64,000 nt of DNA, from NCBI RefSeq assembly GCF_006345805.1, contig NC_043007.1, forward strand, positions 41,106,001-41,170,000. Direction: 5' to 3'. The notes beneath the pieces were generated by a model that was not told the DNA's origin, ran no database searches, and was given only the letters and a program-made list of their open reading frames with translations. The first letter of the stretch is position 1, and every line of letters starts with the position of its first letter. The stretch comes from Octopus sinensis. Lineage: Eukaryota. The position numbers were made by a program, and so were the translations under genes. Positions 1 through 13,749 of this stretch are shown here, piece by piece.

Positions 1-1998
1 AAATATAATAAGTATGATAAAAACAAAATTCAAATGGATAAAATAATTAAGTAAAGAAAATTTACTACGGTCATAAAATGTACTTATGGATCTGCAATAA
101 TATTAATCGAAATATATTTTAATCGAAGATAATCACTGGCCATTTTATTATATAATATCCATATCTACATAATATGTTAAAAATTTATGATGGAGTAAGA
201 AATATATTTTATTTAAAATTACTATATACTGTGATGGAAAAGATAAATAAATAATGATATATTTGATTCAGGTACTAAATTCATTTAAAAAATTCTTAAT
301 CAACGATTCATTCTCTCAAAAATTTCTACTAAATACGCCGATGTTAAACAAATGTATAAAGTTACGATTATTATAAACAATACCATTCCTTACATAATAA
401 TGATAATAATATATAAATAAATAATCAGAACTTTACTTAGTTCTACAGAAGGAAAAAAATTCAAGTAATTCTATATATTTGTATATGTATACAAGTTCGA
501 AAGAACATAATATTATATATATATATACTAAAAATTATAGGATCTACAAGAAATGTTCATAACAATAATATTAATGCGCCAACTTGTTCTCTTTGTACGT
601 ACGTACCTGTGGTGTGTATCACACTTACTTCAAAGGAAGAAGTGAGTGGCTAAGTGGAAAAGAAGTGATAGAAAAAGAGAGAGAAAGAGAGACCGTGAGA
701 GAGAGACAGTGAGAGGTGATGGCGTTCGTTTTGTTTTTAAATGATTATCACATCGCAAAAGAAGTAGTTACATAGATTGAAAGAAAAGTTGATACATAAA
801 TACATACACACATTGTTAAATTAAAAGCGTGAGAAAGGAGGGACACAGATGAAGTGAGAGAGAGAGAGAGAGAGAGAGACGGTAGATACATAAATCAAAA
901 GAAAAGTTGACACATAGATACAGAGACAAATCAAAGACAAATAACTGCTGCAAATAGTGGATGTAACTTTCACTTTTCATTACCACACCAGGATCAAATT
1001 AACCCACAAGTTGCTGAGTACTCCACAGACATGCATGTCATTAACATAGTTCTCTGGGAGATTCAACCTCACACAGAATATGACAAGATTACAGCAACAA
1101 CTCATTTTGGCCAGCTGAGTGGACTGGGGCAAGATAAACCTTCAAGTGGCTGAAGAAAACGAAAAAAGATTCTATATAGGGGCAGGAAAATCTTTTTAGT
1201 CGTTAGGGTAACTATGGGTGTTAATCCAGTCCTAACAGCGGCATTTGTGGGTCTCACAGATCTGGAGGCCAAGCTTCCAGACAAATACCGATGCGCAGGC
1301 TGTTGTTATCAAACTTAGCGTGAGTCGATCGCGAAGTCACCACACGACGGAATAGCAGTTATTTCGTTTTAGCTTTCACTGCTTACACTAAACACATGAC
1401 ATTTTTGCCTTACGATATGGGAAATTTCATTTTCTTTTACTCTTTTTTAAACAAAGGCACTGTCGGTCACGACGACGAGGTTCCTGTTTATCTGATCAAC
1501 AGAACAGTCTGCTCCTAAAATTAACGCGCAAGTGACTGAGTACTCCACAGACATGTATACCATGTGGTGGCTCCCAGGGAGATTCAGCCTCACACAGGAT
1601 GGGATAAGGCTGGCCCCTTTGAATTACAGCTACATCTCATTTTTGCCAGCTGAGTGGACTGCAACAAGGTGAAGTAGAGTACCTTACTCGAGAATACAGT
1701 GCGCTGTAGGGAATCGTACTCCTGACCTTACGATCGTGGGCCGAATACCCCAACCACTGAGCCATGCACCTTCACTTTCTTAACCGTAGAGAAAAGGAGT
1801 GAAGCGATAGAGACAGAGAAAGGAAAGCATCAGTCATTTACAATGACAATTAGGCTGAAATACGATTGATCTTATCTAACTTCTTTACTTTTAACAATGA
1901 AAAAGAGGGAAGGACATCTAGTAATGAATAAAGGAAATGTCATTCAAATGTTCACGTTTTTATTCTAGGAGTTCTAGAATGAATGCCAAAGTTTGGTA

Positions 1999-2078
<80 letters not shown>

Positions 2079-2427
2079 TGTATGTATGTATGTACGTATA
2101 TGTATATGTATATATGTATATCAGTGTGTGTGTGTGTGTGTGTGTGTGCGTGTGTGTTTGTGTGTGTGTCTGTATATTATTTCTCAGTAAACTGAAAAGA
2201 TTAAATGATATGTATATGTAGGTATTTGTATATTTATCTTTATTTAAATATGCTGTCTATGTATATCTAGATATGTGTATATATATCTTTGTATGTATGT
2301 ATATATGTATGTGTATGCGTGAATTTATATATGTAGTGTACAAGTGTATTGTGTGTGTGTGTCTCTCTCTATATATATATATGTATGTGTATACGTTATG
2401 TATTTGTGTATTTATGTATATATATAT

Positions 2428-2480
<53 letters not shown>

Positions 2481-5400
2481 GTGTATCGGCACATGTATCT
2501 ATGTGTATGTGTGTATGTGCGTTTGTGCGCGTGTGTGTATATATTTAATTTGTATGCATGTTTAATAAATAACTGGATAAATAAATTAATGAATGTATGA
2601 ATAAATAAAGTGATACTAATTTTTAATTTTTTTTAAAAATACATCTAAAAATTATAGGTGTATTAGGTCGTGGTAAAATTTTGAAGTTACGCAAGAGGGC
2701 GCGAAAGAAATTACTTTCTTTGTGATATTCTTCCAAACCTTATAATATGACATTATTTAACGTAATTATAGTAGAGGCCATTTTTTTTATTATACTGAAA
2801 TACGTGCTTTTTATTCAAACTAAACATTTTGTTGATTGAGGAAAATATTTTTTTTATTATTATGAATGATTTACAAGTTTTTTTTTTTAATTTTAACTAA
2901 AAGGTTTGTAGGCGTAAACTAGTATATCAATGAAGTTATCTGTAATATTTCAGCGGATTAATTTACAAATTTGGTATTAAGTATTATAAAATATATTTGT
3001 CTTAAGCGTAAACTATATCACTATACTCGTAGTTAAATTTAAGATATGTTTTAATCATGTTATCATCTTTATATTAAATTATTATAAATTTGTAAATATA
3101 TAAAACTGAATTTAATAATAACAAGAGCACTTAGAGTGCGCAAACCTCCAAGGCAACACCAACGCCCTCTCAATGATTAGCCAGAGATGATTTTTAAAAT
3201 GATAGTATCTGAAATAAACTCGACTGCTCTCACAAACGAGAATACTAGAAATTAACCTGCCCGCTCTCAAAAATTAAGTTTAAAAAATCGGGTACCTGAT
3301 CGATCCTAATAGTAGTCATGGAATGTGAAGGTGGCTCTAGAAAATTTATTAACAGTAATAAATAGTTTATCCTTATCTTATACAAGCCAAAGTTAACAAA
3401 TTCACCGGTAAATCAATCTTGATCAGCCTATGAACTTTTCAGCCGACCCTCGTAGTGTTTGTGTGCTACTCTCTGTTATCTGATTTCGGTTACCCTAAAA
3501 TGCCAAGGCCAAGCATACGAGTTTTATATCCTGTATGGCAATTGTCTTCACCAAAATATTACTGTTAATCAAAAAGGAAATGGTTGAAATACGGTACTTG
3601 AATAATGTTTATATACGATGAATTTATGATTTCATATTTTATATCCGTATACTGTCACAGCATCGTATTTGCGAGCACAGACTCGTACATTTTTCCCAAC
3701 AAAGCTTCTTTAAAATACCTTTAAATAGGTCTATGATGAAACGAACTAAATTTGTTTATTTTCTCAAAATTTACTTATGTACATCATATACGAAAGACCG
3801 TCTGACTCACCGACAAATTCAGTAACCTATTTAGTTTAAATTTGTTATAATCTTTTCTTGGTTTGATATCAGACAAGAAGTTATATGCTCATTCACGTAA
3901 TAAATTGTTGTAATTCAACACTTCTGATAAGATACAAATAATTAAATATTTACATGAGAATAAACCCAAACGCATGCATCATAAATATTCTTATTTCTCG
4001 ACACACCCAACCAACTCTATTTGGCATGTTACCATTTAAAATCCATTTATAAAATCTGTTTCTTTCTCTAATTCATTCAGTAATCCCGTCTGTTGAAAGA
4101 ACGAATTGTCGCTCTTTTTTTTTTTTATCGTATCGGTATTACAGGGATTTCATAGTCGAGGAGTTTGTTGCTACTTCAGTAGTGTTCATCCACAGTAATT
4201 TTGTAACAGCTGTTACACCTTCTTCCTATAGGCTATAAAGAAACGACCCTCCTCTCGGTTAACAACTAGTGTCACACTCATCTGTGTCAAGTTGCAACAT
4301 TAAGTATCCCCCTATCTTTTTACAAGATTTCAAAACTATGCAAAGCCGAAATGTAATTCACTTCGGTCTTTAATATTTGTATGTGATAATAGCCGATAGA
4401 AATGTGAGTTGATTGATTGAGTTCTGCAGTCACGTCTTACATTGTACAATGAGATGGAGGGGAAGGAGAGAAAGAATTTTAAAAAATACAGAGAGAGTGT
4501 AGGATGATTGTTTTATAACTTTCTAAAAAATACACACTTTTAATGAAATTTTGCAGAGATAAGTTTCTGACAGAATAGATTGTGATCATGTTAATAAAAT
4601 TTAGAAAAAAAACATATATTTGTTGCAATTATACAAATGAGGAATTTGTTAAAATCAGTTGTAAGGTATTGAATATTTTTCTTTTGGAAATTAATATTCA
4701 TTTCATCATTTTGAATAAGCACCAAGAAATTTTTATAAAAGTTGAATTTGAATTATTATTTGTATACCATTTTCCCTAATATTACCCATAGTGGCAAAGT
4801 ATACTTACAAATTTACCAGTCATAGAAAGTAACCAAGTGTTGGTTTCTTTCTAAAAATAATTTTACTCGACGTTTCCATGACCAAAAATGTTAGTGATAG
4901 CAGATTCTAATTGAAGCACATATCCAAAAAACTTTGAGGGAATATGGGTAATCGATACCCTCAACTTTAGTTCTTCACTGGTACTTTATTTTGATAAGAT
5001 GAAAGGCAAATTTGACTTTGGTGGAATTTGAACTCAGTGCGTGGAGAGCCATAAGAAATATCACAAAGCATTTCCCCGACTTTCTAACGATGCTACCAGT
5101 TTACGACCCTGAAGGATATCAGTTATAATTTATTATGTTTGTTCCTTCTTGGGCCACACCTGGCTCATAAGGGCTGGTTTCCCGGTTTCCTTGGCGTATA
5201 GGTTCCCCACCTGGACAGGACGCCGGTCCGTCGCAGGTGAGCTGCAAGATGCAGGAGGAAAGAGTGAGAGTAAGTTGTAGCGAAAGAGTCAACAGAAGTT
5301 CGCCATTACCTTCTGTCGGAGCCGCGTGGAGCTTAGGTGTTTCGCTCATAAACATATACATCGCCCGGTCTGAGATTCGAACCCGCGATCCCTCGACTGC

Positions 5401-5767
5401 GAGTCCGCTGCTCTAACCACTGCCTCCACGATGATTTATCGTATTCAATTTTAATTCTATTGCAAGTCCTTCAACGTGTAAACAGCCGTGTCTCTGTCAT
5501 CCAAATGCATCTTCTATCTTTTAATGTTTGAAGTATTGGACTGCGGCCATGATGGGGCATCAACTCGAAGGGTCTTAGTCAAATAAATCAAATTCCAGGA
5601 CTTATTTTTTTAAATCTGGTACTTATTCTATGCGTTCCATTTGCCGAACAGCTAAGTTACAGGGGCGTAAAGAAATCAACAATGGTTGCCAAGCCGTGAG
5701 AGGATAGATATAAATACAAAGACACGCGCACACACACACACACACACACAACACACACACACACACA

Positions 5768-5798
<31 letters not shown>

Positions 5799-5816
5799 CA
5801 CCACACACACACACAC

Positions 5817-5882
<66 letters not shown>

Positions 5883-7904
5883 ATCCAAACAAGAAAACAC
5901 AAAAAACACAACGCGAGGACGTGGAACAAATATAGTATTATTGGACACTCAGGAAAGAAGGGAAGAAGGAGGGTTTACTGTTTCGAGCGGAGCTCTTCGT
6001 TGGAAACATAGGAGAAGGAAAGATCCCGAGAAGGGAAGACAGAGGGAAAAAAATCGCCAACGGTACACACGAGGTCACATTTTGAAAGACCGGAAGTATA
6101 TATATATATATATACAGCGGGCTTCTTTCAATGCCTGTCTACAAAATCCACTCTCAAAGCTTTAGTCAACCGGAGGTTATAGTAGAAAACACTTACCGAA
6201 GGTGGCACGCAGTGGAACTGAACTCGAAACCATGTGGATGAGAACCGAAACAGCTGACGAGGTCAATATCGTCAGGAGTACATTTTATCATATTTTCTTT
6301 CCCACATACTTTAGAATATCAAAAGTGTAATTAATGTTATCAATTCTATCTCTCTCGTCTGTTTTATAATTCTCACTCGCACGTTAAACTTGATTAAAGG
6401 TGTTTGTTTTCAGCCGCAACATTTCGAGTAAATAAGCTGATATTTCTAGCAGGTCAAACAACTACGTACAGGCTGCCACAATAATGCACTATTCCTGTGA
6501 TCGTCGCTGCCGTTGTGATGGTTGTTGCTGTTTAACTCTAGAATAACGTTTCCCGACTAGACAAATGACCAGATGCAGTCTAGCCTATCTTTATTCTGCT
6601 ACAATTACCCTATTGTTCATTTTGTCATAGAGTATCTGTGATTACAAATATTTGATCAGTTATTCTGCCACAATGTATCCAGGACTACAGTCATCTTGTA
6701 GTTTATTCTATTTTACATCAATGTATCTAGAACAACAGCCACACTGTCGTTTATCTAGGACTGCAATCATCCTATCTTTTATCTGCCACAGTGTATCAAG
6801 GACTACAACCATCCCATCGCCCATTGTGCCATCATGTATATAATGGTAGAGTTACACTGTCCTTTATTCAGCCGTAGTACTTTAAGATTTAAATCAGGAC
6901 AGATATCTCATTACAGGTTGATGACACTTACTTCAGGTATCATGTAAATCAGTACTACCTGTTTCATAATTGGGTAGTCAACGACTAAACCGGTTCCCCA
7001 ACTTGAGAAGCATGCTACTCTTGTGAGGCGGGTGTCTGGGCACCCAGCAGGACTCAAAAGAAGATCTGTCGAAAGACGGATGAACTCCCTGTGAGCCAAC
7101 GGCCATCTAGTTCGGGAAGGAAATGGTAAGCCACCTCAATGTCTCTGCGAAGAAAACACTATAAGAGAGTCAGAACGAATTAACGGTATGGCTTCGTCTG
7201 ATGAGAGATCTCTCGCTTAATCGGGAAGACTTTCGTTGAAGTGTCATCAATGCGCTGTAAAAAGCGTTACGATACATGACAAGGACCACATCTAAGATGG
7301 CTGCATGTCTTTTCGTTTATGAAATACGAATGGGTGATTTTAATCGTATCCATAATGGAGGCCTGCCTTTACGGGTTTGAATTCTTGGAAACGCTTCTAT
7401 TCGTTTCAAGGCCTCCAATGGCCAGGTTATGATTTTTAAATCGAGTGCCATATTACACAGATTTGCTTTTGAAAAAGTAAATGCAGACGTATTTACGTCG
7501 TTCGAGTTACTTCTTTTTTCTTTTACCACTCTACGTCGATTTTTTTTTTTTTTTTTTTTGAGAAAATGTAAAAATAAACCTCAACTTGATTTATTCAATT
7601 TTACGTCGGTCTCTGTGAACATATTTGAAAACATAATTAAAAAAAACTATTTAACATCCAACACTAAAGTGGAAAATCGAAGATGTGTGTAAAATATGAA
7701 CAAATCATTTTATACTTGCTAATAAACGTTTCCTAAATGTTTTTCCGTGTTACGTTGTTTTGGGTGTTAGGTCGAATATCATGAAACCAGTTGCCAACGT
7801 AAGTTGAAGTGTGGCTGTATTACATAATTTATTTGGACAAGGGTGTCAGTATTTTAAAATCTTCATCAAATTGATATTGATTTTTTTCTTCTTCCTTGAC
7901 TTAG

Positions 7905-8101
7905 GCCTTCAAACAAAACACCAATGTAAAAATTTGACTCAGGAACAACTCATCCACCACAACCTCTCGTACAGCCAAGAGGATATCATTTATGGCGAAT
8001 GCACAATTTCTTCTGACAGTTACCTAGATTTCAACAAAACGATACCATGTGTGAATGGCTACCATTATACAACTCGGGTAGATAGGTCTATTGTTTCTAA
8101 G
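7905..8101 (+). CDS. SLC22-like MFS transporter, internal exon A (large extracellular loop)
   Basis: ttag acceptor at 7901-7904, gtgagt donor at 8102. Encodes (G)LQTKHQCKNL...CVNGYHY...RSIVSK, in frame with the next exon's WDLICD to give the SLC22 SIVxxWDLxC motif. Phase 1 to phase 0. Confidence 0.85.
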
Positions 8102-9071
8102 GTGAGTCTATCATATTCTCCTCAATAAAAAAGTAGATCTCCTCTAATGTTTTGAAAAGGGGCGGGAGATTTTGTTTCATGAGAGACTAGGACATGGGTA
8201 AAAGGGAGTTGTGTTTGGCTAAATCGAGTATGTATGAGGTTGTTACCCAAAGTCCCGATGATTCCTATTCCTTCGCTTATGAAACTCAACTATAAATATG
8301 CACAGTGGCTAGGTACAAATCCCTACTGTAACCAGCGGGAGCTCTGGGTAATAAACGAGAGTTATGTTCTCCTATGGTAATGATTTTAAATTTTGTAACG
8401 AGTCTGAAATATACGATTAATGAAAGAGATGAGAAAATTTCAACAGTGCATATCGATGTTTCCCTCCGTAATCCTTCAAAAGCAACGGTCCTTAATTCTA
8501 TCGGTAACATGCTCTTGATGGAGGGAGTTCATGAGAGAATGACAGATGTCAAGAGTGTGCTGAGTGTTTAGAAAACTGGAGATTTTTCTTATGCATAAAA
8601 CAGAATATTTAATTCAGGAGCGTTATTTTAAACACTTTTTCAAAAATAAATCTTTGTCGTGATTAGATTAAGAGAACATTGTATTATTAGTGAGCAGATA
8701 ACATGCCTGACCATGAGCCAATGTCTTATATAATTTATGGAACCATCTAACATTGGGGTCGCTTACCTGCTTAATTATCTAAAAGTTATAAAATGGCACG
8801 GTTCGATTATAAGTACCATTTGAGCACTGGGGTCGATTTAATCAACTTACTACCTCGCCCGAAACTGCTGACATTGTGCCAAAATTTGAGACCAATAAGT
8901 AAATACTATAGATCCCAATGCATTGATTTGTAAAGGGGCCTATAATGCTGATAATACAGCCCAGCCCTCCCCCCACCACCACCACCACCATTAAACAATT
9001 TTATTGTTCTCTAAGTTTATTCTGTGTATGGAACTATTATTAATGCGTTTTGTATTCGTAATTATTTTCAG

Positions 9072-9302
9072 TGGGACTTGATCTGTGACAAGACAGGCTT
9101 GGCAGAACTAACGCAGACGTTCTACGTGGTTGGCCAGTTAATCAGTGGGATATGTAGTCCTATTTTTATTGAAAAATTCGGACGGAAGCCAGTTCATATT
9201 GCATCGAACATCATTCTACTCGGAATTAACCTGGTCTGTGCGTTCAGTCCTTATTACTGGATTTTCGCCCTCATGAGGCTTCTCAACGGAATAATTAATG
9301 AT
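9072..9302 (+). CDS. SLC22-like transporter exon B (TM2-TM4)
   Basis: ttttcag acceptor, gtaagt donor at 9303. WDLICDKTGLAELTQ...EKFGRKP...RLLNG carries the MFS motif-A-like xKFGRK. Phase 0 to 0. Confidence 0.93.
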
Positions 9303-10567
9303 GTAAGTGCACTACAATTTTTAGTTAGTTGTTGTTGGTGATGGTGGTGGTTGTGATGGAGGTGTTCTTGTTGTAGTTGTTGTTGTTGGTGGTGGTGGTG
9401 TTGGTCGTGGTAGTGGTGGTGGCGGCTGTGCTGCTGCTGCTGTTGTTGTTGCTGTTGTTGTTGTTGTTGTTGTTGTGTTGTTGTTGTTAAGCAACGAGAC
9501 GAGTAAGGGTGATTAGGTGATGGTCTAGGGCTTACGGGAGGGAGACCCCAGACCTTGGAAAAAAACTTTGGTTGTCTTGTTGTAGTCGAGGGCTCTTCGT
9601 TGACGCCCGACACCACTGGGAGGTGGCCCTCGAAGTCGCTGGAAATGGAGATCTCCAGGTCCAAATTCTTGGACGGCTGCTGCTGCTGTTCCTGCTGTTT
9701 TGGCCAGGTTAGCATTCATAGAGAAAACTTATGATCAAAGATAACGCAATTGTGACCATCTTGTATTTTTGTACCTCGAAGACAATGGTCAGTGACGATC
9801 TTCCCCGGTTACGAGTGGACAGCTATCAGGTAGGTAGGTAGGCTCGAATGGTCAAGTTCGCCTCGTAATCATGTGGTCTCCGGTTCAATTACACTGTGAA
9901 ACATCTTTGTGAAATGTCATTTTCTGTGTCCTTAGGTAGACCCTTACCTTATGGATGAGACTAGATAGACGGAAGCTGTATAGAAGATCGTAAGAAGAAG
10001 CGTACCTGTTATTTAAAAAAGTACAGCCTTGTCACACCGTGTGTCATGTTGATTACACCTGAGGATTACACTAAAGATGCGCTTACCTGTGGAATGTCTA
10101 GTCACTTTCTCAGTCACATATATATTAATTCAATGGGCAAATAATTCGATTGGTCGAACTGAATCGTCATCATCGAAATGGACGGTGAACTATCCATCCG
10201 TGTATAATAATAAATAAATGCGCCATTTTAACGCCTAACCAGGTACATGGGCCCGGTTTCCTGGTTTCTACGGCGTATGTGTTCCCCAGCTGGATGGGAC
10301 AACAGTCCATCGCAGCGTTTCTCATTTTTGCCAGCTGGAGCAACGTGAAATGAAGTGTTTTGCTCAAGAACACAACGCGTTGCCCGGTACAGGAATCGAA
10401 GCCACAATCTTACGATCATGGTGCTGACACCCTAACCACTAAGTCACTCGCCTCCACATCCATCCGTGTATATATATATATAAACAAAAGTGTGCACACA
10501 CATACACACACATACACACACTCATATACCTACGCATACACACATACACACACTCATATACCTACGC

Positions 10568-10950
10568 GTGGAGGCACAATGGCCCAGTGGTTAGAGCAGC
10601 TGACTCGCGGTCATAGGATCGCGGTTTCGATTCCCAGACCGGGAGTTGTGAGTGTTTATTGAGCGAAAACACCTAAAAGCTCCACGAGGCTCCGGCAGAG
10701 GATGGTGGTGATCCCTGCTGTACTCTTTCACCACAACTTTCTCTCACTCTTACTTCCTGTTTCTGTTGTACCTGTATTTCAAGGGGCCGGTCTTGTCACT
10801 CTCTGTGTCACGCTGAATATCCCCGAGAACTACGTTAAGGGTGCACGTGTCTGTGGAGTGCTCAGCCACTTACACGTTAATTTCACGAGCAGGCTGTTCC
10901 GTTGATTCGGATCAACCGGAACCCTCATCGTCGTAACCGACGGAGTGCTT
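10568..10950 (+). mobile_element. tRNA-derived SINE, second family
   Basis: A box TGGCCCAGTGG and B box GGTTTCGATTCC. Related copies at ~1462-1770(-), 5140-5430(-) and 14560-14790(-). Confidence 0.8.
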
Positions 10951-11001
10951 CCACATATACCTACGCACACATACATAGACGCACATAAACATATACATAC
11001 A

Positions 11002-11073
<72 letters not shown>

Positions 11074-11534
11074 TGTGTGTGTGGTTAACAGCTCCCAAAT
11101 ACCTAAATCAAGATTCGAAATCGAATCCACAGTTTCAAACAAGTCTCTGTCCAATTGTTCTCTGCTGCTGCACTTAGAGATGAATAAGACCTCTTAGAAC
11201 TTTTCAAGTTATTAATCAGTCAAAGTTGATTAGAGAGGAAAATAGTCTTCGTTTTCGTTTGACCTAGTTTAATTACGCAGAATATGAATACACAACGAAA
11301 TATCAGTCCACTTCTTTGGTAATTAGGCGCTTTCTAAGAGCACATCATCTTTCTTCGGGTACCGATGGAGAGACAACATCATTATGTGAGAGACAACACC
11401 AACCCTTACTGATTCTATCTGCCTTCACTCTCTAACTCTTTCCCTTTCTCTAATAGTCACAGAGAAGAAACCATCTACATAATGGACTGGGGGTCATTTG
11501 TGTACGCAGACTACTATAAAAAGTTATTTTCTAG

Positions 11535-12195
11535 GATCTTTACCTTTTGAGCTACAGATTAAAAAAATTATTTTTTGTAACTAAACACTTTCACACTTCG
11601 GACACTGGTAGAATGTGTCATATAGAACATCTTTTACTCTAAGCATTTTTGAGAAAAACTTATATTTACGAAGTTATTTCACGTTCAAGTTGTCCTATTG
11701 CGGTAATTTCAACCAATCAATGACGTGTATTCAGCTGAATAAAATTACTGCTGTTGTTTGTCAACAAGAACTTCCGGTGGTGTATATTTCGTTTGTCACT
11801 GTTATTTATGACAACCCTAACCCTAAACCTAAAACCCTGGCCCTAACACCCTAACCCTAAAACCCTAACCCTCCTCCTAAAACTTTAAAGCTAAAACCAG
11901 TACAAACGCACGAACGATGTCATAAATAACAGTGACAAACGAAAAATACACCGCCGATAGTTGTTGTTGACAAACAACAGCAGTAATTTTATTCAACTGA
12001 ATACACGTCATTGATTGGTTGAAATTACCGAAATAGGACTATTTTAACGTGAAATAATTTCGTAAATATAAGTTTTTCTCAAAAATGCTAAGAGTAAAAT
12101 ATGTTTTATGTCACACATTCTACCAGTGTCTGAAGTTTGAAAGTGTTTAGTTACAAAAAATTATTTTAAAATCTGTTGGTCAAAAGGTAAAGATC
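11535..12195. mobile_element. Long palindromic MITE-like element (~280-bp arms) with a telomere-like spacer
   Basis: Arms 11535-11813 and 11918-12195 are reverse complements; the spacer carries degenerate (CCCTAA)n. Confidence 0.85.
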
Positions 12196-12831
12196 TGTTT
12201 TCTTTATTGTAACGACTAACAGTAGTCACATTACTAAATAGTCATCTTGATAAGCAATTAATTCTGTTCTTCTTTAGTCATTTATACCAGTGATTCACAA
12301 GCTTTTTCTGGCTGCTGCCCCCTTGGCACGCGGGCCGCATTTTTAGCGCCCCTACACACGCACACACACCACCACCACCACAACAACAACAACAAACGTT
12401 GACCATTTTCTGCAGCAAATTCAAAACAACACTATTTCACAAATAAAATTTAACCTAATCATTATTCTGTTGTTTTTAAAACATTATTCTGTTGTTTTTA
12501 AATACAACGCCCGTTTTTGGCCACCTACTTTGTCGCTTCAGTTTTCTTGGATCTTTCTACTGCCCTCAGTGGGGCGTTACCGCCCTGTTTGGGAATCTCT
12601 GGTTTATACGATGCATCGATATACATTGATTTTTATAGATTTTGACGTTAAACTTCGTCGTTATAAGTGCTGACTCTGTCTTTACATATATATTTTTCAT
12701 TATTATTCTTAAGCTTCAAAGTTATTGTCAATAATATTCTTGTTGAAGAATAATAAATTTCTACTCTACACAAGTATAAAGGAACCAATCAGATTAATAT
12801 ACAATTCTTTTTATTTTAACTGAAAGCAAAC

Positions 12832-12870
<39 letters not shown>

Positions 12871-13370
12871 CAGCTATATATATATGATACACACACACAT
12901 ATGTATGTATGTATTTCGTTTTTACTATAAATCTCGAAGTAGATAAAGCTATAAATAATGGTTAGAATAAATAAAATGCTGCCCGTCGAACTTGCGCCTT
13001 CGATTTTTTCTGTCCAAAAGGGTCGTTAACTTAATATATATATACGCAATTGTTCATAGCTTTATCTATTTTGAGTGCTACAGTTAAAAACAAACTATTT
13101 CACGTTCTCTCCAAGTTTCTACACTGAAAAAAAAAACTACTTTTATCCATAGGCTGAAACAGCTGTAAGGAGTGATTTTTATGATTTCAATAATTTATAT
13201 TATGATTTTTATAACTGTATTCTTATCTTATATGTATTGAATTATAATGTATATATGTATGCTATTATAGGTTCTCATTTTTGTTAAATGAATAAATAAT
13301 TCAACATTCTAATATCCGAAAGCTGATGAACCAACTAAGTTGTTTCTCTATTTTCTTATTTGTATTATAC

Positions 13371-13430
<60 letters not shown>

Positions 13431-13546
13431 GTGTGTATGTATGTATGTATGTATGTATGTATGTACGTATGTATGTATATATGTTTGTATGTATGTATGT
13501 ATTTCAGTTGTTTTCATGTTCTTTCGTTTTCTACTGTTTTCTTCAG

Positions 13547-13749
13547 TGTTCCTTAGTGAGTTGTTTGACTGCTGTGGTGGAACTGTTTCCAAAGGAGAAT
13601 CGACTTCTTATGAATGGCATATTTTCCTTCATGTGGAGTTTACTAAACGTCGTGCCAGGTGCAGCCGCCTACCTACTGCGAGACTACAGTTGGACCGCTT
13701 TGGCCTTTTTTAATTGCGCCCTTTCAGGATTTTTCATTATAGAAATCAT
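13547..13749 (+). CDS. SLC22-like transporter exon C (TM4-TM6)
   Basis: cttcag acceptor, gtaagt donor at 13750. CSLVSCLTAVVELFPKENR...YLLRDYSW. Phase 0 to 2. Confidence 0.9.

Noticed and set aside
6590-6870. Degenerate repeats of TTCTGCCACAATGTATCCAGGACTAC
   Set aside because: An old minisatellite-like decay product with no coding or structural signal.
7198-7220. CTGATGA followed by the GAGATCTCTC hairpin
   Set aside because: No GAAA or stem III/I downstream. The same applies to CTGATGA at ~59477 and those in the satellite units.
7770-7798. Possible micro-exon (ttag...gtaagt) upstream of exon A
   Set aside because: It is phase-compatible, but the peptide (VEYHETSCQ) does not resemble the expected end of TM1; no support.
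9254-9715. 153-aa poly-Q/poly-H ORF on the minus strand
   Set aside because: Driven by a (GTT/GGT/GCT)n tract immediately after the exon B donor.
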